Shown here: in pieces, positions 19,621-30,124 of the stretch
How the letters are laid out: each line of letters opens with the position of its first letter
Numbering within the stretch: the first letter of the stretch is position 1
Source of the DNA: a virus
Lineage: Duplodnaviria > Caudoviricetes
IMG/VR virus record: IMGVR_UViG_3300028601_000020
Length of the DNA: 64,000 bases
Strand: one strand, 5' to 3'
Notes under the pieces: model-generated
What the model saw: the letters and a program-made list of their open reading frames with translations, nothing else
Told to the model about the DNA's origin: nothing
The model's database searches: none
Program-made: the position numbers and the translations under genes

Positions 19621-20141
19621 TGCCAGATTTAGATTTAGGTAAAAAATTAAATATCACAAAAGACGCAAATTTTCATTTCGGTATTCCAGAATTACCGTTA
19701 TTCTCTCTGTTCTGTCAAACTCTTGATCTTCCAAGTGTAACTCTAGGGGTTGCAGAACAGCCAACTCCTTTGGTTGAAGTGAAGCATCCCGGAGATAAAA
19801 TTGTCTTTGAGGATCTTATGGTTTCGTTTCTTGTAGACGAAGAATTAACAAATTATCTTGAAGTTTTCAAGTGGATAATGCACTTAGGATATCCAAGAAG
19901 CACTGCACAGTATAGAAAACTTGTTCAACAAGATACTGTTTACACGCGAAAGCATGAATTACAATGTTCATTATTGACAAATAAAATGAATTTTAGACAG
20001 AGGGTTGTTTTTGTTGGTGCTTTTCCAACAAATCTTTCAACTTTGCCATTTATGACAAACAATGAAGGAGTTGGGCATTTAACTGCAACAGTAACTTTTG
20101 CCTACGATTATTTTTATTTTGAAAAAGACACGACGATTTAG
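19620..20141 (+). CDS. gp3: tail completion / tube terminator protein
   Basis: FCQTLDLPSVTLG, PGDKIVFEDL, FLVDEELTNY, AFPTNLS; before uvsY as in T4 relatives. Confidence 0.85.
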   Translation: MPDLDLGKKLNITKDANFHFGIPELPLFSLFCQTLDLPSVTLGVAEQPTPLVEVKHPGDKIVFEDLMVSFLVDEELTNYLEVFKWIMHLGYPRSTAQYRKLVQQDTVYTRKHELQCSLLTNKMNFRQRVVFVGAFPTNLSTLPFMTNNEGVGHLTATVTFAYDYFYFEKDTTI

Positions 20142-20149
20142 GAGGATGA

Positions 20150-20584
20150 ATGAGTCTTTATGAACTTACAAGCGAAGCAGAAAAAGACCTTGAAATTGAC
20201 AGGTCGCAACTTGATGTTGAGGCATTGCGAACCCCAAAAATCCATAATAGATGGCTCAAAAAGTTATATCAACGAAAAGACAAAATATTTGCGCTTGAAC
20301 TGAAGAAAAAAATTCTCATGAAAGAGAAGTGGCTTTATTATACTGGTAAAGCCAGCAATGAAACGTATGTTAAAGATGGCTCTTTTCATCTTAAATTGAT
20401 GAAGCAGGAAGTTCCCATGTTTGTTGAAGCTGATGAACAGATACAGGAAATTGATGTAAAAATTCATGTTGTTAAACAGGAAGTTGAATTTATTCAAAAG
20501 ACGATTGAAGAAGTGAACCGGCGACAATGGACTATTGGAAATGCGATTAAAGCATTAAAATTCATGAATGGTGAGTTTTCTTAA
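20150..20584 (+). CDS. uvsY: recombination mediator
   Basis: DLEID, PKIHNRWL, WLYYTGKA, WTIGNAI. Confidence 0.9.
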   Translation: MSLYELTSEAEKDLEIDRSQLDVEALRTPKIHNRWLKKLYQRKDKIFALELKKKILMKEKWLYYTGKASNETYVKDGSFHLKLMKQEVPMFVEADEQIQEIDVKIHVVKQEVEFIQKTIEEVNRRQWTIGNAIKALKFMNGEFS

Positions 20585-21356
20585 ATTTACAGTTATTAAA
20601 ATGCCACCTTTGCATGATGCCGCTTCCACCAATCTTACCACAATGAGGGCATATTAGTTTGGGTTTGGGTTTTCCTTTAGAAGCAATGCTCATTCTTTGT
20701 TTTGTTTCTTCTGATTTTTGTTTACCTTTATTAGCATTACTTATTTTTAGTTTTGTTTCTTCAGAAGGTTTTCTTCCCACACAAAGCATTCTCATCTTGT
20801 TTCTATATTCTTCATCTTTCCATTTTAACTTAGATTGTTCACTTATTTTTTGTTTTGTTTCATCGTTATGATGTTTTCCAAACAAAGGATGGCTTTCTTT
20901 ATTAGAAAGCCTTTCTTTTGCTTTAATGCTTAAAACGATTTTTTCATCTTCTGTTTTAGAAATTCCCTTATTCCATGCTTTTTTCCCTTTCATTCCAGAA
21001 GGTTTACCTTTATGATATTCTCCTATTTTTCTTTTTGATTCTTCAGTGTGAAATGTTATTCCCAAACCACCAATCATAAGATTATAAGTGTCTTTGCTAT
21101 TTACAAATTTCTCATTGACTATTTCTTTCTCTTTGGCGAATGCTTCTTCTGGTGTGTAGAAGACATGAAGTGTTTCACGAATGAAATTCTTTTTACCGTA
21201 CTTCTTTATTGCATTGATGAGAAGAATGCCTGAACCGAAATATCCATCAAATAAAATGGGGAAATGAAATTTCTGTTTATGTTTGCCAATATAAAATTTT
21301 CCGTTGACAAGATTGGTAGTTTTGTATACAATATAAATATGTTTAGATTCTGACAT
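20562..21356 (-). CDS. GIY-YIG (Seg-like) homing endonuclease
   Basis: YIVYKTTNLVNGKFYIGKH...YFGSG; NUMOD3 repeats; C-terminal CPHCGK...WHFNNC. Confidence 0.9.
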   Translation of the reverse strand: MSESKHIYIVYKTTNLVNGKFYIGKHKQKFHFPILFDGYFGSGILLINAIKKYGKKNFIRETLHVFYTPEEAFAKEKEIVNEKFVNSKDTYNLMIGGLGITFHTEESKRKIGEYHKGKPSGMKGKKAWNKGISKTEDEKIVLSIKAKERLSNKESHPLFGKHHNDETKQKISEQSKLKWKDEEYRNKMRMLCVGRKPSEETKLKISNANKGKQKSEETKQRMSIASKGKPKPKLICPHCGKIGGSGIMQRWHFNNCKFKKTHHS

Positions 21357-21388
21357 GCTATACCTCGAATATAGATGTTGGGGTTTAG
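21229..21388. repeat. about 160-bp identical block shared with 58178-58337 (GIY-YIG N-terminus and leader)
   Basis: Direct comparison of the two loci. Confidence 0.85.
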
Positions 21389-21472
21389 GTTCGCAAGAGA
21401 ATTGGCGTTCTCTTGCGAACTGCTTTTTGTATAAGTATTTATACTTTTAACAATTTTAAACGGGATGAATGT

Positions 21473-21715
21473 ATGAAAACATACAAGGAAATAACGGAAG
21501 AAACTTGCCCTAACATTAAAGCAATGGATATCGGTATTGTTGAAGAGGAAAAAGCAGTCAAATTGTATTCAAAATTAATGTTAGAAGCGACAAATCCTCA
21601 TGTTAAAAAACTCTTAAAGCATATTATTGAAGAGGAAGAACACCACATTGAAGAATTCAAAAAGATGAAAAATGAACTTCAAGGAGAAGTGGTAATTCCA
21701 AGCGTTGAGCATTAA
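21473..21715 (+). CDS. ferritin-like / rubrerythrin half-domain protein
   Basis: EEKAVKLY...IIEEEEHH diiron-type motifs; N-terminal MKTYKEITEE. Confidence 0.7.
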   Translation: MKTYKEITEETCPNIKAMDIGIVEEEKAVKLYSKLMLEATNPHVKKLLKHIIEEEEHHIEEFKKMKNELQGEVVIPSVEH

Positions 21716-21735
21716 ACAAACTGAAAGGAGAAAGA

Positions 21736-23313
21736 GTGAATTCTGATGAAATTCATGTGGCATTATTAAATGCCACATACATGCAAATTGCGGCCGATGA
21801 AGGGATACTTCGGGAACTTCATGAATATTTTACTTTTGATGTTCCCGGAGCAAAGTTCATGCCGCTTTATAAACACAAGGTTTGGGACGGGAAAAAACGT
21901 CTTTTTAACCTTGCCAATCAAACTTTGTACACAGGGTTGTTTTTTAAGCTGGAGGAATTCGCAGGATCGCGCCAGTTAAAGATTATTTCTTATGACGAGT
22001 CTCTAGTTGCGCTTGATAAGAAATGCAATACAAGCGATTTTAAGGCGTTTCTAGGGGATTTGTCTCCTCAGTCAAAAAATGAAGACATTAAACCTCATTT
22101 GTATCAAGAGGAAGCAATCCTTTATTGCATAAACAATCCTCGTTCAACTGTTGTATCCCCAACATCTTCCGGAAAGTCTCTTATCATCTATTCATTGATT
22201 CGCTGGTATCTTAATCAGAACCCGTCAATGAATATCCTTCTGGTCGTTCCTACTGTTTCTTTGGTTCTTCAGATGTATTCTGATTTTCAAGATTATTCAA
22301 CAAAAAATGGTTTCAATACAGAAAAACATTGCCATAAAATCTATAGCGGACAAGAAAAGAACACCAACAAGCCTGTTATTATTTCAACGTGGCAGTCCAT
22401 GCAAAATATGAAAAAGCAATATTTTCAGCGTTTTGATATGGTAATTGTTGATGAAGTTCATGGAGCAGCATCAAAAGAGTTGTCCAGCATCATGGAATCC
22501 TCTTCTAATGCTTATATTCGCTATGGGTTTACTGGGACCCTTCAAGACACAAAATGTCATAAACTTGTTATCCTCGGTCATTTTGGTGCAGAAAAGAAAG
22601 TAATTGAAACAAAGGAATTGATGGATAAAGGATTTATCTCTCAATTAATGATAAACTGCATCGTTTTTGAGTATACAGAAGAAAGTGCAATTGAATTAAG
22701 GAAAAAAATTACTGCCGCGAAGAAAGGCAAAAATAAAAAATCTGTCGCTGCAATAGGATATGCAACGGAAATTGACCATATTGTTTCTCATGAAGACAGG
22801 ATGAATAATCTTGTAGCCTTGTCTTTGTCTTTGAAAAATAATTCTCTTATATTGTTCAATTTAGTTGACAAACATGGAAAAGTGATTTACAATAGAATAA
22901 AATATGAAATAGAAAATCGCAAAATTGATAAAAAGGTGTATTTTATTGATGGAAGTGTGAAAGCAGAGACAAGAGAAGATTACAGAGCCTTGATGGAAAA
23001 GAATGATAACATTATTTTAGTGGCATCATACGGAACAACGTCAACTGGCGTTTCAATAAAAAATATCCACAACGTTATTTTTGCAAGTCCGTCAAAGTCA
23101 AAAATCAAAGTTTTACAGTCAATTGGCCGTGGGCTAAGAAAAAACGAAAATAAAGACAGAGTGGTACTTTATGACATAGTTGATAAGATTTCATATACGA
23201 CTAGACAAGGGAACGAAAAAACAAATTATGTGTTTCATCATTTTTTAGAAAGGTGGAAAATATATAAACATGAAGGGTTTAACTATAAAATTCATTCACG
23301 AAAGATTAAATGA
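21736..23313 (+). CDS. uvsW: SF2 helicase
   Basis: WDGKKRLF, SPTSSGKS, DEVH, GFTGT, QSIGRGLR. Confidence 0.95.
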   Translation: MNSDEIHVALLNATYMQIAADEGILRELHEYFTFDVPGAKFMPLYKHKVWDGKKRLFNLANQTLYTGLFFKLEEFAGSRQLKIISYDESLVALDKKCNTSDFKAFLGDLSPQSKNEDIKPHLYQEEAILYCINNPRSTVVSPTSSGKSLIIYSLIRWYLNQNPSMNILLVVPTVSLVLQMYSDFQDYSTKNGFNTEKHCHKIYSGQEKNTNKPVIISTWQSMQNMKKQYFQRFDMVIVDEVHGAASKELSSIMESSSNAYIRYGFTGTLQDTKCHKLVILGHFGAEKKVIETKELMDKGFISQLMINCIVFEYTEESAIELRKKITAAKKGKNKKSVAAIGYATEIDHIVSHEDRMNNLVALSLSLKNNSLILFNLVDKHGKVIYNRIKYEIENRKIDKKVYFIDGSVKAETREDYRALMEKNDNIILVASYGTTSTGVSIKNIHNVIFASPSKSKIKVLQSIGRGLRKNENKDRVVLYDIVDKISYTTRQGNEKTNYVFHHFLERWKIYKHEGFNYKIHSRKIK

Positions 23314-23879
23314 AAAAATCATCCAAGAAAAATCATTATGTTGACAACAAACTATTTACGGAGACTCTTTCCGCGTATATCAAAGAAAAAGAAACAAATC
23401 AAAATCTTTCTTTGAATAAATTTAAGGGCGGGGAATATATTGGTCAGTGTATTCTTGATATTTGTTATAATTTAGCGAATAAAACCAATTTTATAGGATA
23501 CACGTTCAAAGAAGAAATGATTGAAGACGCTGTTGAGAACTGTGTCAAAGCGGCGATTAATTTTAAACCAGAGATTTCAACGAATGCATTTGGGTACTTC
23601 ACCCAAGTTGCTTTTCATGCTTTTGTGCGAAGAATCAAGACAGAAGCCCGCCATCAAGAAAAATTTCTTCGCGTCCTTTCTGATGATGATCAAATCAGTG
23701 AATTGATGGATCAACATTTTGACGGTAATACAGATATCCCTGTTGATTCTAGGCAGTTTATTGAATCAATACACGCTTTGCTTGCAGAAAATAACCAATT
23801 GATTGAATTTGTGCAACCAACAATTAAGCAAAAAGAAAAGCAGAGAATTATTTCTGTTTTTGATGATTTCATGGGTTAA
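23310..23879 (+). CDS. gp55: late transcription sigma factor
   Basis: HYVDN, NFIGYTFKEEMIEDA, NAFGYFTQ. Confidence 0.95.
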   Translation: MKKSSKKNHYVDNKLFTETLSAYIKEKETNQNLSLNKFKGGEYIGQCILDICYNLANKTNFIGYTFKEEMIEDAVENCVKAAINFKPEISTNAFGYFTQVAFHAFVRRIKTEARHQEKFLRVLSDDDQISELMDQHFDGNTDIPVDSRQFIESIHALLAENNQLIEFVQPTIKQKEKQRIISVFDDFMG

Positions 23880-23881
23880 AA

Positions 23882-24919
23882 ATGGCCATCGTTGCGATAA
23901 TCGGAGATACCCATTTTGGTGCGTCAAATTCAAATGATTTCTTTCTTCAGTATCAGGAAGGTTTTTTCAGAGAACTTATTCCAGTTCTCAAAGAAAACAA
24001 TGTTACTGATTTTATTCATTTGGGTGACGTTTACGATATTAGAAAAGCAATAAATTACAAAACTCTCAAAAAGACCCATAAATTTTTTACTGAAATTTTA
24101 CAAGAATCCGGCTTCAATATTCATCTTATTGTTGGCAATCATGATTCGTATTATAAAAGCTCTCTTGAAATAAATGCAGTTAGAGAACTTTTAGGATGGA
24201 CTGGATTTAATATTTATGACGCTCCGGAAGAAATTTCAATTGATTCATCTAAATTTTTGATGGTTCCTTGGATTTGTCCTGATAATCAAGAAAAATGTCT
24301 TTCAATGATTGATAATTCTTTGGCTGATGTGTGTTGTGGTCATTTTGATATATCCGGCTTTTATATGATGAAAAATGTTATTAATCAGACAGGTCTTGCA
24401 TCCTCTTTATTTGATAAATTCAAACGTACTTTTTCAGGTCATTTCCACATACCAAGTAATCATAGCAAAATAATTTACGTCGGAAGTCCTTATGAATTGT
24501 CGTGGAATGATTATAATGATCTAAAGCGGACTGTCCTTTATGATACAGAGACAGACAAGATAACCTTTCTTGAAAACCATGAAACAATTTTTGAAAAGGT
24601 GTTTTATGGCGAAAAAAGTTCTATCAAAATACTGGAAGAGACTGATTTTTCTAATAAAATCCTGAAAGTTTATGTTGATCAGAAAAATAATGGATACGAA
24701 TTTGATATTTTCTTGAAAAAAATCAAAGACTCGAATCCTCACTTGCTTACTGTGGTTGAAAATGTTAATATCGTGGAAGATGAACAAATTCACGAATTCA
24801 TAAAAAAAGACACTCTTGAATTTTTGACCGAATACATTGATGAATCTGAATTAGAAAATGGGTATGAACTAAAAATGCTTATGGGCGAACTTTACAACCA
24901 AGCTCAAGAAATTAAATGA
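23882..24919 (+). CDS. gp47: recombination nuclease (Mre11/SbcD-like)
   Basis: GDTHFG, HLGDVYD, GNHD, SGHFH. Confidence 0.95.
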   Translation: MAIVAIIGDTHFGASNSNDFFLQYQEGFFRELIPVLKENNVTDFIHLGDVYDIRKAINYKTLKKTHKFFTEILQESGFNIHLIVGNHDSYYKSSLEINAVRELLGWTGFNIYDAPEEISIDSSKFLMVPWICPDNQEKCLSMIDNSLADVCCGHFDISGFYMMKNVINQTGLASSLFDKFKRTFSGHFHIPSNHSKIIYVGSPYELSWNDYNDLKRTVLYDTETDKITFLENHETIFEKVFYGEKSSIKILEETDFSNKILKVYVDQKNNGYEFDIFLKKIKDSNPHLLTVVENVNIVEDEQIHEFIKKDTLEFLTEYIDESELENGYELKMLMGELYNQAQEIK

Positions 24920-26622
24920 TTAAAATACAGAAAGTAAAATTCAAAAATTTATTCTCGTTTGGTAACGTGCCAACTGTAATTGACATTGAAAAAGCACAAA
25001 AAACCATTATTACTGGAATAAACGGGCATGGTAAGTCAACCCTCATTACTGCTATTTGTTTTGGTCTTTTCGGAAAAGCATTTAGAGATATCAAGAAAGG
25101 CGGATTGATAAACAATATCAACAAATCTGATCTTTTGGTTGAAATTGATTTTTCAATCAAAACAAATCAATATAAAGTCATTCGTGGTATTTCTCCTAAT
25201 ATTTTTGAAATCTATACTAATGGAGTTCTCCTTCAGCAAGAGGCTTCCACAAAAGACTATCAACGGATTCTTGAAACCGAAATTCTTAATCTGAATTACA
25301 AGACGTTTACCCAAATTGTTGTTCTTGGATCGTCTAATTATATTCCGTTTATGAAGTTGCCTTCTGCTCATAGAAGGGAAATCATTGAAGACATTTTGAA
25401 CATTTCAATATTTTCAAAGATGAATGAATTGTTGAAACAACGTTTGAAAGATAATGAAATTGAAATGAATTTACAGGAGAATAAAAAGGAGTTCACGAAA
25501 AAACAATATAAAATTCTTTTTGAAAAATATAAATGTTCAGCTAGGTCAAAAGAAGAAAGAATAAGAATAAGAAAAAATGGTATTGAAGAAACAGAGCAAA
25601 AAATTTTTGATATATCTGAACAAATAAGTTTCAATAAACTTTCTTTGAAAGAAGTCCAAGACTATAAATCTCTTTCTCGTTCAAAGAAAGAACTTGAAGG
25701 ATTCCTTCATAAAATAGAAAGCAATCTTTCAAGAGCAAAAAAAGAAATTGAATTTTATGAAAATAATGATAAATGCCCAAAGTGCAACAAAGACTTGGAT
25801 GAAAACCACAAAGACAAACACCTAAAAATTCTTATTGCAGCAAGAGAAAAATATCTTGCTGCTTTGGAAGAGTTAAATTCTCGAATTTTGAATATTGACA
25901 ATCAAATAAAAGCAGAAAAGAACAAAGAAAAAGAGAATACACGGATTGAACAAGAGATTACAAAATTGAAGTACCAGTTATCCTCTCAAAAAGATCATTT
26001 GGTTATCCTAAAAAGAGATGTGAAAGACATAAAAGAGGAAACAAATGAAATTATTAGTTACGATGAACTTGAAGCACTGAAAAATGACGTAAAAAGTATT
26101 GACGCGGAAGTTAAATCTCTGTACACTAAACAAAACATTATGAAACAGGGATTGTTTATTCTGAAAGATTCTGGGGCAAAAACAAGGATCATTAATTTTT
26201 ATCTTCCGTTGATTAACAAGACAATCAACGAATATTTGGAGAAATTCAACTTTAATATTTTGTTCAATTTTGACGAAAATTTTGATGAATCTTGTAAGGC
26301 ACGGAATTATGATTCGTTTCAATACGGTAATTTTTCTGAAGGAGAACGTTTGCGAATTGATCTTTCTCTTATGTTTACATGGAGAGAAATTGCTAAAAGA
26401 AAAAATTCTGCATCGGTAAATCTGTTATTTTTTGACGAAATTCTTGATTCTGCGATGGATGTAAACGGCATTGAAAATTTCTTGGAGATTATTTCTGAAT
26501 ATGAAAAGGACGTTTCGTTTTTTGTCATATCTCATAGAGAAGGAGTTGATTCGTTTTTTGATCGTCATATAGTAGCAGAAAAAACTAACGGATTTTCAAA
26601 ATATATTGAAAAGGACAGATAG
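24916..26622 (+). CDS. gp46: recombination ATPase (Rad50/SbcC-like)
   Basis: GINGHGKST, CPKC hook, FSEGE, FFDEILD, ISH. Confidence 0.95.
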   Translation: MIKIQKVKFKNLFSFGNVPTVIDIEKAQKTIITGINGHGKSTLITAICFGLFGKAFRDIKKGGLINNINKSDLLVEIDFSIKTNQYKVIRGISPNIFEIYTNGVLLQQEASTKDYQRILETEILNLNYKTFTQIVVLGSSNYIPFMKLPSAHRREIIEDILNISIFSKMNELLKQRLKDNEIEMNLQENKKEFTKKQYKILFEKYKCSARSKEERIRIRKNGIEETEQKIFDISEQISFNKLSLKEVQDYKSLSRSKKELEGFLHKIESNLSRAKKEIEFYENNDKCPKCNKDLDENHKDKHLKILIAAREKYLAALEELNSRILNIDNQIKAEKNKEKENTRIEQEITKLKYQLSSQKDHLVILKRDVKDIKEETNEIISYDELEALKNDVKSIDAEVKSLYTKQNIMKQGLFILKDSGAKTRIINFYLPLINKTINEYLEKFNFNILFNFDENFDESCKARNYDSFQYGNFSEGERLRIDLSLMFTWREIAKRKNSASVNLLFFDEILDSAMDVNGIENFLEIISEYEKDVSFFVISHREGVDSFFDRHIVAEKTNGFSKYIEKDR

Positions 26623-26623
26623 T

Positions 26624-27352
26624 ATGAAGTTGATAAGTAAATTCCATGATTATTATGATTCTGTTGCGTATTCAGACGAACCAATTTTTATCAGAAAAAT
26701 GGAAATTGTTGGCCATGCCAATGTTTCTGGTGATTTAGTTGATAAATCACTTATATTGATGGATGATTTTCATTCAATGTCATATTTTAGAAATGAAGGC
26801 ATAGGAACAATAAGTGAAAGAATTGTTTCTGATATATTGTGTTTTTGTGGAAAAATGTATCCAATTATGAAAATAGGAGATCAATATATTTGCGATCCTT
26901 ACAAACTTCAAAAATATTGTGATGAAAAGGGATATAAAATAAGTAAATATTTCTGGCCGATTAACAAACGAAATAAAAGTGATGCAATAGAACAACTAAT
27001 TACTGATATTGTAAAAACAAACAATGGAGATAATCTTGCATATAATTTGAACGTTGTCTTGAATTCTCCTATTGTTATTATTTCAAAATGCAAAAATTTG
27101 AAATATCCGACAGATCGGAGACAATATATTCAATATGAAATAAATTCTAAACTTGAATTATTGAATTTTCAGACAATCAAGACGCCTTGGCAGACATATC
27201 AAGAAATAGAAATGTTTTTGGGTACGATTTTAGTTGAAAATCAGGATAAACCTGCTATAATGAACGATGAATTAAAACGGGACTCGAAAGGGTTTAATGA
27301 ATGGTCATTCAAACAAGTTGGGCCTAAGAAAAGGAAAAGGAGAAAAAAATGA
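26624..27352 (+). CDS. hypothetical phage protein
   Basis: MKLISKFHDYYD...YQEIEMFL...KGFNEWSFK. Confidence 0.65.
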   Translation: MKLISKFHDYYDSVAYSDEPIFIRKMEIVGHANVSGDLVDKSLILMDDFHSMSYFRNEGIGTISERIVSDILCFCGKMYPIMKIGDQYICDPYKLQKYCDEKGYKISKYFWPINKRNKSDAIEQLITDIVKTNNGDNLAYNLNVVLNSPIVIISKCKNLKYPTDRRQYIQYEINSKLELLNFQTIKTPWQTYQEIEMFLGTILVENQDKPAIMNDELKRDSKGFNEWSFKQVGPKKRKRRKK

Positions 27353-28014
27353 GACTGACAAAGAACACCATGCAAATTTTGCAGAATTACACGATGATCA
27401 ATCCGAGTATTTTGATTGAACCCGGAAATGTTATCAGGACTGTTGATGCTGGAAAGACTGTTATTGGTCGGGCAGAAGTTGAAGAGAATTTTCCTCAGGA
27501 ATTTGCAATTTATGATCTTCCTAATTTTCTGCAAGTTATCAAGATGTTTGACGGAGCAGATATCCAGTTTGAAGATAATCACTGTTTAATCAAGTATGAT
27601 GATTCAAACACAATTGTCCGTTATATGTTCGCTGTTCCTGAAGCGGTTGAGACAGTAAAAAAAGATATTGTTATGCCGCAGACAGAAATCAATTTTCAAT
27701 TGACCGAATCACAGTTAGCCAGTATCATTAAAGCAGCAACCACAATGTCTTTGAATCAGTTGGTTATTTCTCCGGACGAAAATGCGGTTATTCTGACTGT
27801 AACGGATATTGATAATTCGCACTCGAATAACTTCCGTATCAAGGTTCAAGCTGAACTTGAAATCACTGATTTTGATGTGGTAATTGAAATGTCCAAACTT
27901 GTGAATCTCTTTCCTGGATCGTATAACGTAGGAATTTCGTCTAAAAAACTTTCCCACTTTCTTGGTGATAATCTTCAGTATTGGGTTGCTTTGAATACAA
28001 ACAGCAAATTTTGA
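27349..28014 (+). CDS. gp45: sliding clamp
   Basis: INPSILI, FAIYDLPNFL, LFPGSY, YWVAL. Confidence 0.93.
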   Translation: MRLTKNTMQILQNYTMINPSILIEPGNVIRTVDAGKTVIGRAEVEENFPQEFAIYDLPNFLQVIKMFDGADIQFEDNHCLIKYDDSNTIVRYMFAVPEAVETVKKDIVMPQTEINFQLTESQLASIIKAATTMSLNQLVISPDENAVILTVTDIDNSHSNNFRIKVQAELEITDFDVVIEMSKLVNLFPGSYNVGISSKKLSHFLGDNLQYWVALNTNSKF

Positions 28015-28027
28015 TTAAGGAATAAAT

Positions 28028-28984
28028 ATGGCTGAATTGAACGAAGACCTTAAAAATATGCTATGGGAGGAAAAATACAGACCACAGACGGTGGACGACT
28101 GTATTCTTCCTAAAAAAACAAAGGCGTATTTCATTAAACAGCGTGATACTGGATCAGTTAATAACATGTTGCTTGCTGGCTCTCATGGAGTCGGCAAGAC
28201 GACAGTTGCACGGGCACTATGTAACGAACTGAAAGCCGATGTTCTGTTCATGAACTGTTCTAAGGATAACTCAGTTGAAGACGTTCGGACAAAGATCAAT
28301 TCATTTGCCTCTTCAATGTCTTTGACTGGAAACGCAAGAGTGTTTATTGGAGACGAGTTTGATTATGTAAGCCCGAACGGACAAGCAGCATTGCGTGGGC
28401 TTATTGAGCAGACAAGCAATTCTTGTCGGTTTATCTTCACTTGTAACTATCTTCACAAGATTATTGATCCGCTTAAATCGTCAAGGCTTGACGTTGTAGA
28501 TTTCAAAATTGCACCGAAAGACAAACCGGATTTGGCTATGCAGTTCATGAATCGTTGTATGATGATTCTTGATTCTGAAAAAATCAAATACGACAAGAAA
28601 ACTCTTGCGTTGCTTATTCAAAAAAACTATCCTGATTATAGAAAGACACTGAAGCAACTTCAGAAGTCGGCAATGATAATCGGTGAAATTAACGAAGAGA
28701 TTTTTTACCAAGAAAACGTTGAAATTACTGATTACATTAAAGCACTAAAGGCAAAAGATTACAAAACAGCCAGAAAGTGGATTGGAGAAACGTTTATTTC
28801 TCCCGAGGATTTCTTTTCTATTCTGTTTAAGAATATTACGCTAATTGTCAAAGACGATTCTCTTGCACAAGCAATTTTGACGCTTAATGATTATCAATAC
28901 AAACATGCCTTCGCAATTGATCCTGAACTCAATTTGTCTGCATTGACTGTACAGTTAATGGCTCAATGTAACATGAGGGACTGA
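28028..28984 (+). CDS. gp44: clamp loader large subunit
   Basis: WEEKYRP, GSHGVGKTT, DEFDY, QAALRG, FIFTCN. Confidence 0.95.
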   Translation: MAELNEDLKNMLWEEKYRPQTVDDCILPKKTKAYFIKQRDTGSVNNMLLAGSHGVGKTTVARALCNELKADVLFMNCSKDNSVEDVRTKINSFASSMSLTGNARVFIGDEFDYVSPNGQAALRGLIEQTSNSCRFIFTCNYLHKIIDPLKSSRLDVVDFKIAPKDKPDLAMQFMNRCMMILDSEKIKYDKKTLALLIQKNYPDYRKTLKQLQKSAMIIGEINEEIFYQENVEITDYIKALKAKDYKTARKWIGETFISPEDFFSILFKNITLIVKDDSLAQAILTLNDYQYKHAFAIDPELNLSALTVQLMAQCNMRD

Positions 28985-28985
28985 T

Positions 28986-29246
28986 ATGGAAAAAGCGAAA
29001 AGATTTTGCGCTGTTCTTTCGGCTCTCATGGAAGGGAAAACCCTTAAAAAAAGAAATGGACAGTTATATTATATCAAATGGCAATATGGGGTTCCAATAA
29101 TATATGCGTTTATGCGTAAATCTGACCATGGTAGTATTCTTTCGTATATGGTCAGTTCATCATTAGATGAATTGTATCCTTTTCTTTCTGAGGAGAATTC
29201 TGTTATAATTGATTCTTCTATTGAAGATATAGTAAAAGATGAATAA
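28986..29246 (+). CDS. hypothetical protein between gp44 and gp62
   Basis: 86-aa ORF with GAGG RBS. Confidence 0.55.
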   Translation: MEKAKRFCAVLSALMEGKTLKKRNGQLYYIKWQYGVPIIYAFMRKSDHGSILSYMVSSSLDELYPFLSEENSVIIDSSIEDIVKDE

Positions 29247-29670
29247 ACAAAAGAACGATAGCAAGACGATATGGGACTATATAAATATGATTTCTTCATC
29301 AAAAGAATTTCCTGATTTTAATGAAGAATTTAATAAAGTGTACTCTCCATTTGTTGTGAATAGATTTTTTTCATTGACAGGTGAAGCGAATATCATTATA
29401 ATTAATGAAATCAACAAAATGCCTCAAATTGGCAAAAAAGAACATTTTTTATTTCTTCATTCTGTGGTACCTAAATCAAGACGGAGAAATTCTTGGCCTA
29501 AACGAAAAAAAGACGAAAAAATTGAATTGTTGATGGAGGTGTTCCAATGTAAATATGAAAACGCAAAATCGTTTGTTGACTTAATCAAAGAAGAGGATTA
29601 TACGAAAATTGTAGCCTTGACCGACAAAGGCGGGGCTGATGTTATCAAAAAAAGAAAGAGGAAAAGTTAA
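29239..29670 (+). CDS. gp62: clamp loader small subunit
   Basis: YSPFVVNRFFS, NEIN, DKGG; position in the operon. Confidence 0.88.
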   Translation: MNKQKNDSKTIWDYINMISSSKEFPDFNEEFNKVYSPFVVNRFFSLTGEANIIIINEINKMPQIGKKEHFLFLHSVVPKSRRRNSWPKRKKDEKIELLMEVFQCKYENAKSFVDLIKEEDYTKIVALTDKGGADVIKKRKRKS

Positions 29671-29673
29671 AAC

Positions 29674-30099
29674 ATGAAGAAAATTAAAATGAGTACCGAA
29701 CAGTGGTTTGATCAGGCAATTGAAATTCTTCTTCCTGAAGACGATTCGTTTCTGATTGTCAAGGAAACGCTCACCCGAATTGGTATTGCGTCAATGAAGG
29801 AAGGTCAGAAACGCCTTGCACAGACATGCCATATTCTCCAGAAGCGTGGAAAGTTTTATATCGTTCATTTCAAGGAACTGTTGCTGCTTGACGGAAAAGA
29901 GGCGAACTTTTCTGAAGAGGATGCTATGCGCCGCAACACCATTGCTCAGATGCTTGAAGATTGGGGACTTGTAGAAGTGGTTGATATTGACAAGATTCAG
30001 GATCAGTTGAAACATTCCTCTGTCAAGGTCGTTCCGTTTAAAGAAAAAGATAAGTGGGAACTTGTTCCCAAGTACAATATTGGCGGACGCAAGAATTAA
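29674..30099 (+). CDS. regA: translational repressor
   Basis: FLIVKETLTRIGIAS, QTCHILQKRGKFYIVHFKEL, RRNTIA, WELVPKY. Confidence 0.95.
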   Translation: MKKIKMSTEQWFDQAIEILLPEDDSFLIVKETLTRIGIASMKEGQKRLAQTCHILQKRGKFYIVHFKELLLLDGKEANFSEEDAMRRNTIAQMLEDWGLVEVVDIDKIQDQLKHSSVKVVPFKEKDKWELVPKYNIGGRKN

Positions 30100-30124
30100 T
30101 TTTTGATTTTTGAAAGGAGAAGCA

